NCBI GenBank assembly: GCA_963709605.1
Contig: CAVPWX010000019.1
Coordinates: 21,120 to 85,119, forward strand
Direction of reading: 5' to 3'
Length of the DNA stretch: 64,000 nt
Source of the DNA: an uncultured Chloroflexia bacterium
Lineage (GTDB): Bacteria > Chloroflexota > Limnocylindria > Limnocylindrales > CSP1-4
Positions 1 through 7,988 of the stretch are shown here, piece by piece. How positions within the stretch are numbered: the stretch's first letter is position 1; each line of letters starts with the position of its first letter. The notes below the pieces were generated by a model. That model was given only the letters and a program-made list of their open reading frames with translations, was not told the DNA's origin and did no database searches. The position numbers and the translations under genes are program-made.

Positions 1-1729
1 CGAACTCCCGGTCGAGGGCGGCGAGGGCGTCGAGGTCGAGGGCGACGCCGGTCGCCTCCATCCGGGCGAGAACCGGGACCAGGGGCAGCTCCAGCTCGGC
101 GAAGAGCCGCGCGAGCCCCACCTCGTCGAGCGCCGCCGCGAGCGAGGTGCGGGCGGCGAGGGCTCCGAGCGCCTCGAGGGCGGCCCGCTCCCCGGCGCCG
201 AGGCCGGCGGCGGCCGGGGGCAGGTCCAGGTCGAGTCGCTCGTGGACCACGTCGGCGATCCCCTGGCTGCGGAGCGAGGCGTTGAGGAGATAGGCCGCGA
301 CCTGGGTGTCGAACGCGACCGGGGTCGGCGCCGCCGCCAGGTCGTCGCCGAAGCGGGCCACCAGGAAGGGCTTCACCTCGTGGCCGACGAGAGGCGTTCC
401 CGCCACCTCGAGGGCACGGCGGGCGGCGGTCGCGGCCTCGGCCCCCTCGAAGACGACGACGCGACCGTCCTCCCCGGCAAGGGCGAGGGCGAGCGGCGTC
501 CCGGCCCGCGGGCGGGGGTCGTCGAGCAGGAGCGCGGCACCGACGGCCGGGAGGGTCGCCAGCCAGCCCCCGAGCGATGACGCGGCGCCGGCGTCCGCCC
601 GCTCGACGCGGCCCGGGTCGGCCACCAGCGCGGCGAGGGCCGCCCGCAGGTCGCCGGCGGGGAGCGGCGTCGGCGGCCCGGCCTCGGCGGCCGGGCGCGG
701 CCCGACGGCGTCGAAGTCGAGAGAGAGCTGGAGGCTGCCGGACGAGGCCCGGCGGGGCCGCGGAGCGGCGCCCGGGGCCCCACCGGGCGCCCTGGCGGCC
801 CCCACGTCGCCGGCGGCCTCGCGGGAGCGCACGACGGCCTCGGCGGCCGTCTCGCCCGCCAGCGGCGGGAGGCGGTCGATGAGCGTCCGGAACTCGTACT
901 CGCGGAAGAGCCGGACCACGGCGTCGCGGTCGTACTCCCCGAGGCGGGCCGCCTCGACGTCGAGCTGGACCGGGACGTCGCGGACCAGGCGCTGCAGGTC
1001 GCGGCTGGCGAGCACCCGCTCCCTGGCCTCGAGGAGCAGAGGGCGGAGCTTCTCGGGGGTCACCTCGTCGAGCCGCTCGTAGAGGAGGTCGACGCCACCG
1101 AAGGTGGCAACCAGCTTCGCGGCGGTCTTCTCCCCCACCCCGGGGACCCCGGGGATGTTGTCCGTCGTATCGCCCTTGAGCGCCTTGTAGTCGAGCATCT
1201 GGTCGGGCCGCAGGCCCCACCGCTCGTCGATGCGGGGAAGGTCGTAGACCACCGTGTTGGCCACCCCGCCGCGCAGCGAGACCACGAGCCGCGTCCGGTC
1301 CGTCACGAGCTGGAGCATGTCGAGGTCGCCGGTGACGATCGTCGTCTCCAGGCCGGCCGCCTCGGCCTGCCCGACGAGCGTGGCGATCACGTCGTCGGCC
1401 TCGAAGCCCTCGTGCTCGTAGACCGGGAAGCCGAGGGCCGCGACGACCTCGCGGACCTTCGGGAACTGGTCCCGCAGCTCGTCCGGCATCCGCTGGCGCG
1501 TCGCCTTGTACTCCTCGAAGCGCTCGTGCCGGAAGGTGGGCTTCCCGAGGTCGAAGGCGATCGCCACGGCGTCCGGCTTCACGTCCTGGATCGCCCGCAG
1601 GACGATGTTGGTGAAGCCGAAGACGGCGTTGACGAGCTCGCCCTTCGACGTCGTGAGCGGCGTCTCGATGAGCGCGTAGTAGCCGCGGTAGATGAGCCCG
1701 TTGCCGTCGAGCAGCATCAGGCGGGTCAT
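1..1729 (-). CDS. polA: DNA polymerase I, N-terminal portion (5'-3' exonuclease domain onward); gene continues beyond window start
   Basis: Hand translation of the minus strand from ATG (complement of 1727-1729): MTRLMLLDGNGLIYRGYYALIETPLTTSKGELVNAVFGF...YKALKGDTTDNIPGVPGVGEKTA...ELELPLVPVLARMEATGVALD. The frame stays open and in register to position 1 (checked at 1198 and 61). It is absent from the ORF track because no stop lies in the window. Confidence 0.9.
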   Translation of the reverse strand, partial: MTRLMLLDGNGLIYRGYYALIETPLTTSKGELVNAVFGFTNIVLRAIQDVKPDAVAIAFDLGKPTFRHERFEEYKATRQRMPDELRDQFPKVREVVAALGFPVYEHEGFEADDVIATLVGQAEAAGLETTIVTGDLDMLQLVTDRTRLVVSLRGGVANTVVYDLPRIDERWGLRPDQMLDYKALKGDTTDNIPGVPGVGEKTAAKLVATFGGVDLLYERLDEVTPEKLRPLLLEARERVLASRDLQRLVRDVPVQLDVEAARLGEYDRDAVVRLFREYEFRTLIDRLPPLAGETAAEAVVRSREAAGDVGAARAPGGAPGAAPRPRRASSGSLQLSLDFDAVGPRPAAEAGPPTPLPAGDLRAALAALVADPGRVERADAGAASSLGGWLATLPAVGAALLLDDPRPRAGTPLALALAGEDGRVVVFEGAEAATAARRALEVAGTPLVGHEVKPFLVARFGDDLAAAPTPVAFDTQVAAYLLNASLRSQGIADVVHERLDLDLPPAAAGLGAGERAALEALGALAARTSLAAALDEVGLARLFAELELPLVPVLARMEATGVALDLDALAALDREF

Positions 1730-1843
1730 GGCGGGCGGGGACCTCCGGCCTCCGCCGGCGGGGCCGGCGGGTTCGAGGCCAGTGTACCGGCCGGGCGGCC
1801 CAGTGGGCCGGCGTCGGGGGGGAAAGGCCCACCGGGCAGGGCC

Positions 1844-1870
1844 GGAACGGCCCGCCCACCCCGGGCGTCC
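1844..1870 (+). promoter_or_regulatory. candidate ECF-type promoter (GGAAC-N17-CGTCC) upstream of the ECF sigma gene
   Basis: GGAAC at 1844-1848, a 17-nt spacer, and CGTCC at 1866-1870 fit the general ECF -35 GGAAC / -10 CGTC pattern and the usual autoregulation of ECF sigma genes. It overlaps a near copy of box1 (1857-1881). A TAGACT -10-like hexamer follows at 1883-1888. Confidence 0.35.
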
Positions 1871-1947
1871 GGAGGGCCGTGCTAGACTCGCGCCGCCTCG
1901 CCGCCCCGACGTTTCAAGGCGTCTGCGCCGGAAGGAGCCGAGTCCCG

Positions 1948-2610
1948 TTGGACGATCCGCGCTCGACCACGACCGGCGAGCGCTCCTCCGCCGCCGAGCG
2001 GCCGTCCGCGCGGCCGTCCGCCCGCCCCGGCGACGAGGCGGCCGCGCGCCGCGACGAGATCCTCGTGGCGCGGGCCCTCGAGGGCGACCTCGGGGCGTTC
2101 AACCAGCTCGTGGAGGCCTACCAGGACCTCTGTCACTCCCTCGTCGCGCGCCTCGTCCCCGACCCCGACCAGGCCGCCGACGCGGTGCAGGAGGCGTTCT
2201 TCTCCGCGTACCGCAACCTGCGGACCTACCGCGGGCCCTCCTTCCGCGGCTGGCTGACGCGCATCGCCGTCAACGCCGCCATGGACCTCCAGCGGGCCCG
2301 CAAGCGACGCCCCGTCTCCCCCTATCCCGAGCTGGAGGACGAGTCCTGGCAGCCGACCGCCGGGCCCGACACCGACCCGGAGACGATCGCCGGCGCCGCG
2401 GAGCGCGGCCGGGTGCTCGCCGCCGCCCTGGCCGCCATCGCCGCCGACCAGCGGACGGCGATCGTTCTCTACGACGTCGAAGGCTACGACTACGCCGAGA
2501 TCGCCCGGCTGACCGGCGTCTCGCTGGGGACAGTGAAGTCCCGGATCCACCGCGGCCGGCTCGCCCTGCGCGGGCTGCTCGCCGACCGCATGGAACTCTT
2601 CCGCAGCTGA
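1948..2610 (+). CDS. ECF-family RNA polymerase sigma factor (sigma-70 regions 2 and 4)
   Basis: ORF 1879-2610. Motifs: LVEAYQDLCHSLV, DAVQEAFFSAYRNLRTYRGPSFRGWLTRIAVNAAMD (region 2) and TAIVLYDVEGYDYAEIARLTGVSLGTVKSRIHRGR (region 4 HTH). Start placed at TTG 1948 behind GGAAGGAG (1931-1938); GTG 1879 is also possible. Confidence 0.85.
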   Translation: MDDPRSTTTGERSSAAERPSARPSARPGDEAAARRDEILVARALEGDLGAFNQLVEAYQDLCHSLVARLVPDPDQAADAVQEAFFSAYRNLRTYRGPSFRGWLTRIAVNAAMDLQRARKRRPVSPYPELEDESWQPTAGPDTDPETIAGAAERGRVLAAALAAIAADQRTAIVLYDVEGYDYAEIARLTGVSLGTVKSRIHRGRLALRGLLADRMELFRS

Positions 2611-2625
2611 GGCCGTCAGAGGACC

Positions 2626-3400
2626 ATGCCGCTCGCCTCCCACACCCCCGCCGCCGAGGCCGCCGATCATGCCGAGCTGATCGTGGCCCTCGACGCGGGC
2701 GACCTCGCCGGCCCGGACCTCGACCGCGCTCGGGCACTCTCCGCGTCGTGCGCCGGGTGTGCCGCGTTGGTCGTGGACCTGGCCGCGATCCGCGGCGCCC
2801 TGCCGGCCCTCCCCGTCCCGCCCCGGCGCCGGGACTACCGGCTGACCGACGAGGACGCGGCCCGCTTCCGGCCGACCGGATGGCGGCGCGCGCTTGGCTG
2901 GCTCGCCGCTCCCGGCTCGACGGTGCGGCCGCTCGCAACCGGCCTGGCGACGCCTCGGGGTCGTGGGCCTGCTTCTGACCGCCGGCCTGCCGGGCTTCGG
3001 CGGGGGCGCGGCCATGGCGCCCGTGGACACGGAGCGCGTCGAGGCCCCGGCCGCGGGGGGCGCCGCCCAGGGCGACGAGTACACGATGACCGGGCCGGCC
3101 CCCGCGCCCACGGGCGCCGCCGCGCCCCTCTCGACCGCTGCCCCGGGGCCCGGGGCCTCGGAAGCGCCCGACGGTGCCGGGCCCGCGGTCATGGCGCCCG
3201 GCGAGCCCTCGCCGGATGCCAGCGCCGAGCGCAACGTCACGGCCGGCGCTCCCGACGACGCCGGCGACGCCAAGCTCGGCGAGACTGCGGCTGCCACCGG
3301 TGACGGGCTCCCTGTCGGGCTGCTGGTCTCGCTCGCGCTTCTCGCGTCCGGGATCGCCCTCTTCGTCGCTCGCGCGCTCGCCAGGGGCCGCCTCGCGTGA
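2626..3400 (+). CDS. putative anti-sigma factor (single-pass membrane protein); apparent +1 frameshift near 2953
   Basis: It starts 16 nt after the sigma gene. The cytoplasmic part (..SCAGCAALVVDL..RPLATGLAT) is in the frame of ORF 2626. The continuing TM helix LGVVGLLLTAGLPGF, an Ala/Pro-rich tail and a C-terminal hydrophobic segment are in the frame of ORF 2894-3400. The junction is at acg-c-ctc around 2953. Confidence 0.5.
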
Positions 3401-3407
3401 CCGCGGG

Positions 3408-3441
3408 CCGGCCAGGACCCGGGGTCGCCGGTCCTGGTCGG
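3408..3441. terminator. GC-rich hairpin between convergent genes (possible bidirectional terminator)
   Basis: CCGGCCAGGACC (3408-3419) pairs with GGTCCTGGTCGG (3430-3441): 12 bp including one G-T. It lies between the anti-sigma stop (3400) and the aminotransferase stop (3443). There is no clear U-tract. Confidence 0.3.
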
Positions 3442-3442
3442 A

Positions 3443-4807
3443 CTACCCGAAGAGCGCCTCGACCGCCTCTGTGAACACGGCCGTGTGGCGATCGACGTCG
3501 GCCTCGGTCGTGGCCGGGGACATGAGAGCCATGTTGTGGAACGGCGTCATCAGCACGCCCCGGTTCATCGCCCAGAGGTGGAGCAGCCGGGCCAGCTCGC
3601 TGTCGTCGTGGGCAGCCTGGTCGGAGCCGTTGCGCGGCAGTTCGGGCATGAAGTGGTACTCGCACCGGGCCCCGAGCCGCGTGACGTGCCACGGGACGCC
3701 GCGCCCACGCAGGACCCCGGCCACACCGGCCTCGAATCGCTCCGCAAGCGGGATCATCCGGGCGAAGGCCTCCTCGGTGAGAACCTCCGTGAGGGTCGTC
3801 CGAATCGCCGCCAGCGAGAGCGCGTTCCCCGCGAGCGTCCCGCCGATCCCGCCGACGTCGCAGTCGTCCCACTCGATCGAGGCCTTGACGCGCTCGCCCA
3901 CCTCCTCGGTGAAGCCGTAGGCGCCCGCCGGGATGCCGCCGCCGATCGTCTTGCCGATCGTGAGGATGTCGGGCGTTAGGCCGTGCGCTCCGGTGTAGCC
4001 ACCCGGGCCGGCGCAGATCGTGTGGGTCTCGTCGTTGATGAGGAGCGTCCCGTACCTGCGGGTGAGCTCGCGCACGCCTTCGTGGTAGCCCGGCTCCGGC
4101 AGGACGATGCCCACGTTGGTCAGGGCGGGCTCCATGAGCGCAACGGCGACGTCACCGTGCGCGAGCTCCCGCTCCAGGCCCGCGAGGTCGTTGAACTCCA
4201 CCACGCGCGTCGTCTCAGCCGGCGCCACCGGCTTGCCGATGTTCCCGCGCCGCGGCCCGACCGAGCCGTCCGGTCGGAGTGAGGCAAACGCCTCGTCGAC
4301 GGAGCCGTGGTAGTTGAAGTTGTGGACGAGCACCTTGGACCGGCCCGTGATGTGACGGGCGAGCCGGATCGCGAAGCGATTCGCGTCCGTGGCCGTGAGC
4401 GTGAATTGCCACCACCGGACCCCGAATTGGCGCTGGAGCTCGTCCGCAGCAACGATCGCGTCCTCCGTGGGCAGCATGTGGGTGATGCCGCGGCGCATCT
4501 GGCGCTCGACCGCACGGATCGTGGCGTCCGGGCCGTGCCCGGCCATCGCACCCGTGTCGCCCAGGCAGAAGTCGACGTACTCGTGGCCGTCGACGTCCGT
4601 GAAGTGGGCCCCTCGGGCCTCCTCGACGAAGAGCGGGAAGGGTCCTGCCCACTTGACCATCCAGTTCATCGGGACGCCGTCGAGAAGGGAGCCCTGGGCA
4701 CGCTCGAACAGCGCCTTCGACCGCGGATTCGCGCGCTCGAAGGCCGTCATCTCGGCATCCATGAGTCGCTGCATCCGGGAGCGGTCGAGGGTCCTGCCGC
4801 CTGTCAT
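3443..4807 (-). CDS. class III (PLP-dependent) aminotransferase, glutamate-1-semialdehyde aminomutase-like
   Basis: ORF 3443-5167 trimmed to internal ATG (4805-4807): MTGGRTLDRSRMQRLMDAEMTAFERANPRSKALFERAQGSLLDGVP...LINDETHT...DILTIGKTIGGGIPAGAYG. This is the typical class III fold with the PLP lysine context. Confidence 0.85.
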   Translation of the reverse strand: MTGGRTLDRSRMQRLMDAEMTAFERANPRSKALFERAQGSLLDGVPMNWMVKWAGPFPLFVEEARGAHFTDVDGHEYVDFCLGDTGAMAGHGPDATIRAVERQMRRGITHMLPTEDAIVAADELQRQFGVRWWQFTLTATDANRFAIRLARHITGRSKVLVHNFNYHGSVDEAFASLRPDGSVGPRRGNIGKPVAPAETTRVVEFNDLAGLERELAHGDVAVALMEPALTNVGIVLPEPGYHEGVRELTRRYGTLLINDETHTICAGPGGYTGAHGLTPDILTIGKTIGGGIPAGAYGFTEEVGERVKASIEWDDCDVGGIGGTLAGNALSLAAIRTTLTEVLTEEAFARMIPLAERFEAGVAGVLRGRGVPWHVTRLGARCEYHFMPELPRNGSDQAAHDDSELARLLHLWAMNRGVLMTPFHNMALMSPATTEADVDRHTAVFTEAVEALFG

Positions 4808-4998
4808 CGATGCTCCTTTGCTGCGTCGGCGGGCCGTCTGCCGCGCCGTGGGCGAACCGGGGCCGCGGAGCCTGCAGGACGTCGCCCCCGCCGGGCGAGG
4901 CCGTGCGCACCACGGGGCGATGATAGAGGCCGCCCGGAACCGGCCGGGCGGCGTCCCGCATCCCGGATCGGCGAGCCCCTCGCTAGACTTCAGGACAG

Positions 4999-5084
4999 CC
5001 CGGGATGGCGGAATGGCAGACGCACCCGACTCAAAATCGGGCGAGGGCGACCTCGTGGGAGTTCGAATCTCCCTCCCGGGACCA
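4999..5084 (+). tRNA. tRNA-Leu (anticodon CAA), CCA encoded
   Basis: Cloverleaf drawn by hand. Acceptor CCCGGGA/TCCCGGG. Anticodon stem CCCGA/TCGGG with loop CTCAAAA. Long variable arm CGAGG-GCGA-CCTCG. T arm GGGAG-TTCGAAT-CTCCC. Discriminator A plus CCA. A TAGACT -10-like hexamer lies at 4984-4989. Confidence 0.9.
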
Positions 5085-5447
5085 GCCTGGCTCCACCCAG
5101 CGCTCCGTACAGCCCGACGCCGACGGCCGAGTGAGGCTCTCCGCCCGGCGGAGCAACAGCTCCTCACGTCGACCGGCGGTGATGGAGCCCGGCGCGACAG
5201 CCATCGCCCAGTCCCGGATCGTGATCTCGACCGTCCTGCCTGGCCAACGAACAGCGTCGCGGATCCCCGCGACGAGCCAGAACGCGAGGTACGCGGAGAC
5301 GAGGGCGCCCCAGCAGGCCACGAAGACGAGGTTGTGCGTGAGGAGCGACAGCACGGCCGCCGCGATGAGGAGTGGCAGGGCGAACACCGGGATCACGACG
5401 AGGAGGATCGCCAAGAGCCAGGGCATCCAGCCAAGCCAGTCCCGCAT
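5031..5447 (-). CDS. hypothetical membrane protein (about 2-3 TM helices)
   Basis: Minus ORF 5031-5927 with start set at ATG 5445-5447 behind GGAG. Sequence: MRDWLGWMPWLLAILLVVIPVFALPLLIAAAVLSLLTHNLVFVACWGALVSAYLAFWLV... GC3 bias is good. The last ~18 codons run antisense through the 3' half of tRNA-Leu, so the true stop is uncertain. Confidence 0.4.
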   Translation of the reverse strand: MRDWLGWMPWLLAILLVVIPVFALPLLIAAAVLSLLTHNLVFVACWGALVSAYLAFWLVAGIRDAVRWPGRTVEITIRDWAMAVAPGSITAGRREELLLRRAESLTRPSASGCTERWVEPGWSREGDSNSHEVALARF

Positions 5448-5640
5448 GCCGGGGAGACTCCCCGCCCCCAGCGCCCCGTCACGAGGCATCGGTGGCGAAG
5501 TGAACCCGGTCGCCCGTCTCTGGGCTGGCCGGGGCCGCTCGGTGTCGGCCAGTGGGGTCACGGCCGTGACGTTGCGATAGGCAGGAACGGTCCCGGGCTC
5601 CGGACCGGGCGTTCCGCTCCGGCTCGCCGGGGCAGGGCGC

Positions 5641-5784
5641 GCTCCGGGCGTCCGGGGGCCGTGACATAAGTCCTTGCGACCCGCGCGTTGCGCGCCGACG
5701 CTGGGCGGTTGGCGGGAGGCTCTGACGCGCGGCCCACGCTCCGGCCGCCGGGACCGCGCCGAGCCACTGGCGAGACCGACCCGC
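5641..5784 (+). promoter_or_regulatory. conserved promoter/leader module, copy A
   Basis: Box1 GCTCCGGGCGTCCGGGGGCCGTG (5641-5663). 78-nt core GGTTGGCGGGAGGCTCTGACGCGCGGCCC...GAGCCACTGGCGAGACCGACCCGC (5707-5784). It ends 27 nt before GTG 5812 (SD GGAGG 5801-5805). The promoter part is more diverged than in C, F and G. Confidence 0.6.
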
Positions 5785-5811
5785 GCTTGGGGCGTCCCCA
5801 GGAGGGTAGAG

Positions 5812-6356
5812 GTGCGCCGAGTCATCGTCGCTCTGTGTTCCATGGCCTTGCTGGCCACCGTGCTCGCGCCGGTCGGGGCGGCCAAGTCCATCCAGATGGC
5901 GCCCCTCATGCGGGGCGTCATCGACATGGCGACCTACTTCGGGCTGTCGCCCGACTGGTCCGACCTCCCGACGTGCCCGGTCGTCTCGAAGCAGAAGGTG
6001 AGTGACCCGACGGGCTGCTGGTACGGCAAGGTCAAGGGCGACATCAGCGGGACGATCGCCTTCTGGGAGGATCCGGCCGGCGTCGAGATCGTCCCGGGCA
6101 AGACGCTGAAGTTCTACGAGAAGTTCACCTTCTGGCCGAGCAACGGCAGCGGCTGGGTCATCGGCTACGACGTGGGCTTCTACGACCTGGTCACGGGCGC
6201 CTTCCGGGCGAGCGGCTGGGTCACGGCTCGTCGGCGGGAGAGTGGGCGGCCCTGCGCGGGCGCTGGTTCTACGAATGGGGCACGACCAGCGACCCCAGTG
6301 TCCTGCCCATCACCTCCCCCGCGACCCAGTTCATCATCACGAAGGTCAAGGGCTAG
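5812..6356 (+). CDS. hypothetical exported protein; apparent -1 frameshift near 6230
   Basis: GTG 5812 after a GGAGG SD. Signal-peptide-like VRRVIVALCSMALLATVLAPVGAAKS. The N-terminal part is in the frame of ORF 5674. The GC3 bias switches near 6230 to the frame reading EWAALRGRWFYEWGTTSDPSVLPITSPATQFIITKVKG, with stop TAG 6354-6356. Confidence 0.5.
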
Positions 6357-6495
6357 GGTCGGCTATCGCAAGGTCGACCCGCGCGAAGGCGACGGCCGCT
6401 TCGCCGACTCTCGAAGGCGCAACTGCGGCCGCGATGTCCCGACACACGGCCCCCGGCTCTGCACCGATGGCTTGGCTCCGCTTGCGGGCTGGGAC

Positions 6496-6667
6496 GCGCA
6501 CCGGGCGTCCGGGGGCCGTTCGCCTCAGATTCGCTGTGCCACCCCGACACGTGTATGCTCCGCCGACTCAGGGGGGAGGCATGGGAGCCGTCGGGCTCCC
6601 GCCAGCGCGGCGTCCCATACGGTCGCCCGACCGTCGCGCAGGGCCAATGGCGAGTCCGACCACCCTG
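6496..6667 (+). promoter_or_regulatory. conserved promoter/leader module, divergent copy B
   Basis: Box1 GCGCACCGGGCGTCCGGGGGCCGTTCGCCTC (6496-6526). TATGCT -10-like hexamer (6554-6559). The core variant CAGGGGGGAGGC...GGGCCAATGGCGAGTCCGACCACCCTG (6569-6667) has a replaced central hairpin. It ends 38 nt before GTG 6706. Confidence 0.55.
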
Positions 6668-6705
6668 ACCCCGGGCGCGCGTGCGCCCAGAAAGGAGGGG
6701 TCCCC

Positions 6706-7059
6706 GTGACCTCTCGCTCGCCTGGCGCCCGGCTTCGGCTCGTGGTCGTCGTCTCGATGGCCACAGCGGCCCTCGTGCTCGCCCCATCGGTGGCGGCGAA
6801 AACTCCCCCGGTCGCACCGGCACAGACCCTGACGCAGGCCTGCGCTCCGACCGGCGGCTCCCAGCCCATCGCCGGGGGATTCCGGGCGGGCCAGTGGGTC
6901 ACGTCCGCGACGCAGGGTTCCGTTCCGCGCGGCAGCTCCCAGCCCATCGCCGGGGGATTCCGGGCGGGCCAGTGGGTCACGTCCGCGACGCAGGGCTGCA
7001 GTCCGGGCGACCTCTACCCCCTCTCTGGAGGGTATCGGGCAGGTCATTGGGTTCCTTGA
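6706..7059 (+). CDS. hypothetical small exported protein with internal 26-aa repeats
   Basis: GTG 6706 lies 5 nt after AAAGGAGGGG (6691-6700). Signal-like RLRLVVVVSMATAALVLAPSVAAKTP. Repeats GSQPIAGGFRAGQWVTSATQG occur twice, with a third degenerate unit LSGGYRAGHWVP. Confidence 0.55.
   Translation: MTSRSPGARLRLVVVVSMATAALVLAPSVAAKTPPVAPAQTLTQACAPTGGSQPIAGGFRAGQWVTSATQGSVPRGSSQPIAGGFRAGQWVTSATQGCSPGDLYPLSGGYRAGHWVP
6857..6995 (+). repeat. two perfect 61-nt direct repeats, period 78 nt, inside CDS 6706-7059
   Basis: GCTCCCAGCCCATCGCCGGGGGATTCCGGGCGGGCCAGTGGGTCACGTCCGCGACGCAGGG at 6857-6917 and again at 6935-6995. The repeat is in frame (26 codons). Confidence 0.85.
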
Positions 7060-7192
7060 CGTGCCGCAGTCGCGACATGGACTCACGCTCGGGGCCGGAG
7101 GCTCTGTGATCCGCAGGTAGCGACCTGGGCCACAGCTCACGACCGTCCCTCGGCTGCGCACCGGGTGCTCCGCGCTCTCCTGGGGGTGGGAA

Positions 7193-7334
7193 GCGCACCG
7201 GGCCTCCGGGGGCCGTTCGCCTCTCGCCAGATGCCCGACCGCCGCGTACGGTGGGCGGTTGGCGGGAGGCTCCGACACGCGGCCCACACCCTGGCCGCCG
7301 GGACCGCGCCGAGCCACTGGCGAGACCGACCCGC
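7193..7334 (+). promoter_or_regulatory. conserved promoter/leader module, copy C
   Basis: Box1 (7193-7228). TCGCCA (7224-7229), 17 nt, then TACGGT (7247-7252). 4 nt later comes the 78-nt core 7257-7334. It ends 25 nt before ATG 7360. Confidence 0.6.
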
Positions 7335-7359
7335 TGCCTCCACGCACGGGGTCGCCGAG

Positions 7360-7801
7360 ATGCAGGTTCGTCAGTCAGTCGAGATCGCGGCCCCGCCGGA
7401 GCGGATCTGGCCGCTCCTGGTAGAGCCGGACAACGTCCTGAAGTGGTATCCCACGCTCCGGAGGTTCGAGTACGAGGATGCGGGGCAGCGAGGCCCCGGT
7501 GCCCGGGTCTACGCGGAGGAGAAGGCGTCGGGCATGCTCATGAAGCTTCCACTTCGTGATCACCGACTGGGTCGAGAACCGGACGGTCTCGCTCCACATG
7601 GTCTCCGGGACCGGGGTCAAGGGCTACGACCAGAGCTGGAAGGTGGAGCCGCTCCCGGCAGGGTCCCGCTTCACCTTCGAGGAGCACGTCGAGCTGCCCT
7701 ACGGCGTTCTCGGCAGCCTGCTCGGCAAAGTCGGACAGCGCAGCTCCGAGGCCCACGTCAAGGAGATGCTGGCAGAGCTCAAGGTGCTCGCCGAGGCGTA
7801 G
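7360..7801 (+). CDS. SRPBCC (START/Bet v1-like) superfamily protein; apparent +1 frameshift near 7549
   Basis: MQVRQSVEIAAPPERIWPLLVEPDNVLKWYPTLRRFEY...GMLMKL is in the frame of ORF 7165. It continues as (H)FVITDWVENRTVSLHMVSGTGVKGYDQSWKVEPLPAGSRFTFEEHVELPYGVLGSLLGK in ORF 7556-7801. An extra C sits in cttCCactt. Confidence 0.65.
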
Positions 7802-7988
7802 CTCGCCAATCCGCGTGCCCCCATGAGGGGTCCCGCCCCGCCCCGCTCGCTCCGTTATTGCGGGATGAGACCCGCACCGGGCGACCCGAGGGCCGTTCTG
7901 CGTCCTCGACCGGCGCATATCTCGGTAGCCGACGGGCCGAATTCGACCCCTCTCGACCGTCCCGCGACCCGCACCGCTGAGCACGAGA

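Noticed and set aside
5005-5580. 191-aa + strand ORF starting inside tRNA-Leu
   Set aside because: It begins at an ATG within the tRNA D-arm and is antisense to a better-supported membrane-protein ORF. It also lacks GC3 bias.
5584-5615. Second GGAAC...CGTTCC pair upstream of module A as an ECF promoter
   Set aside because: The spacer is 21 nt, well outside the 16-18 nt typical of ECF promoters, and no gene start follows directly.
5707-5784. Resemblance of GAGCCACTGGCGAGACCGACC to the cobalamin riboswitch (GCCACTG, B12-box-like GAGACC) or the ZTP riboswitch (ACTGGCG)
   Set aside because: The defining cores are missing. There is no GGGAA..GGTG..AATCC region for cobalamin. There is no CCGCCTGGGC 3' sub-domain, and the topology is wrong for ZTP. 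The downstream genes are unrelated to B12 or folate/purine metabolism. I also compared ykkC, c-di-GMP-I/II, SAM-IV, ydaO and Moco cores from memory without a match.
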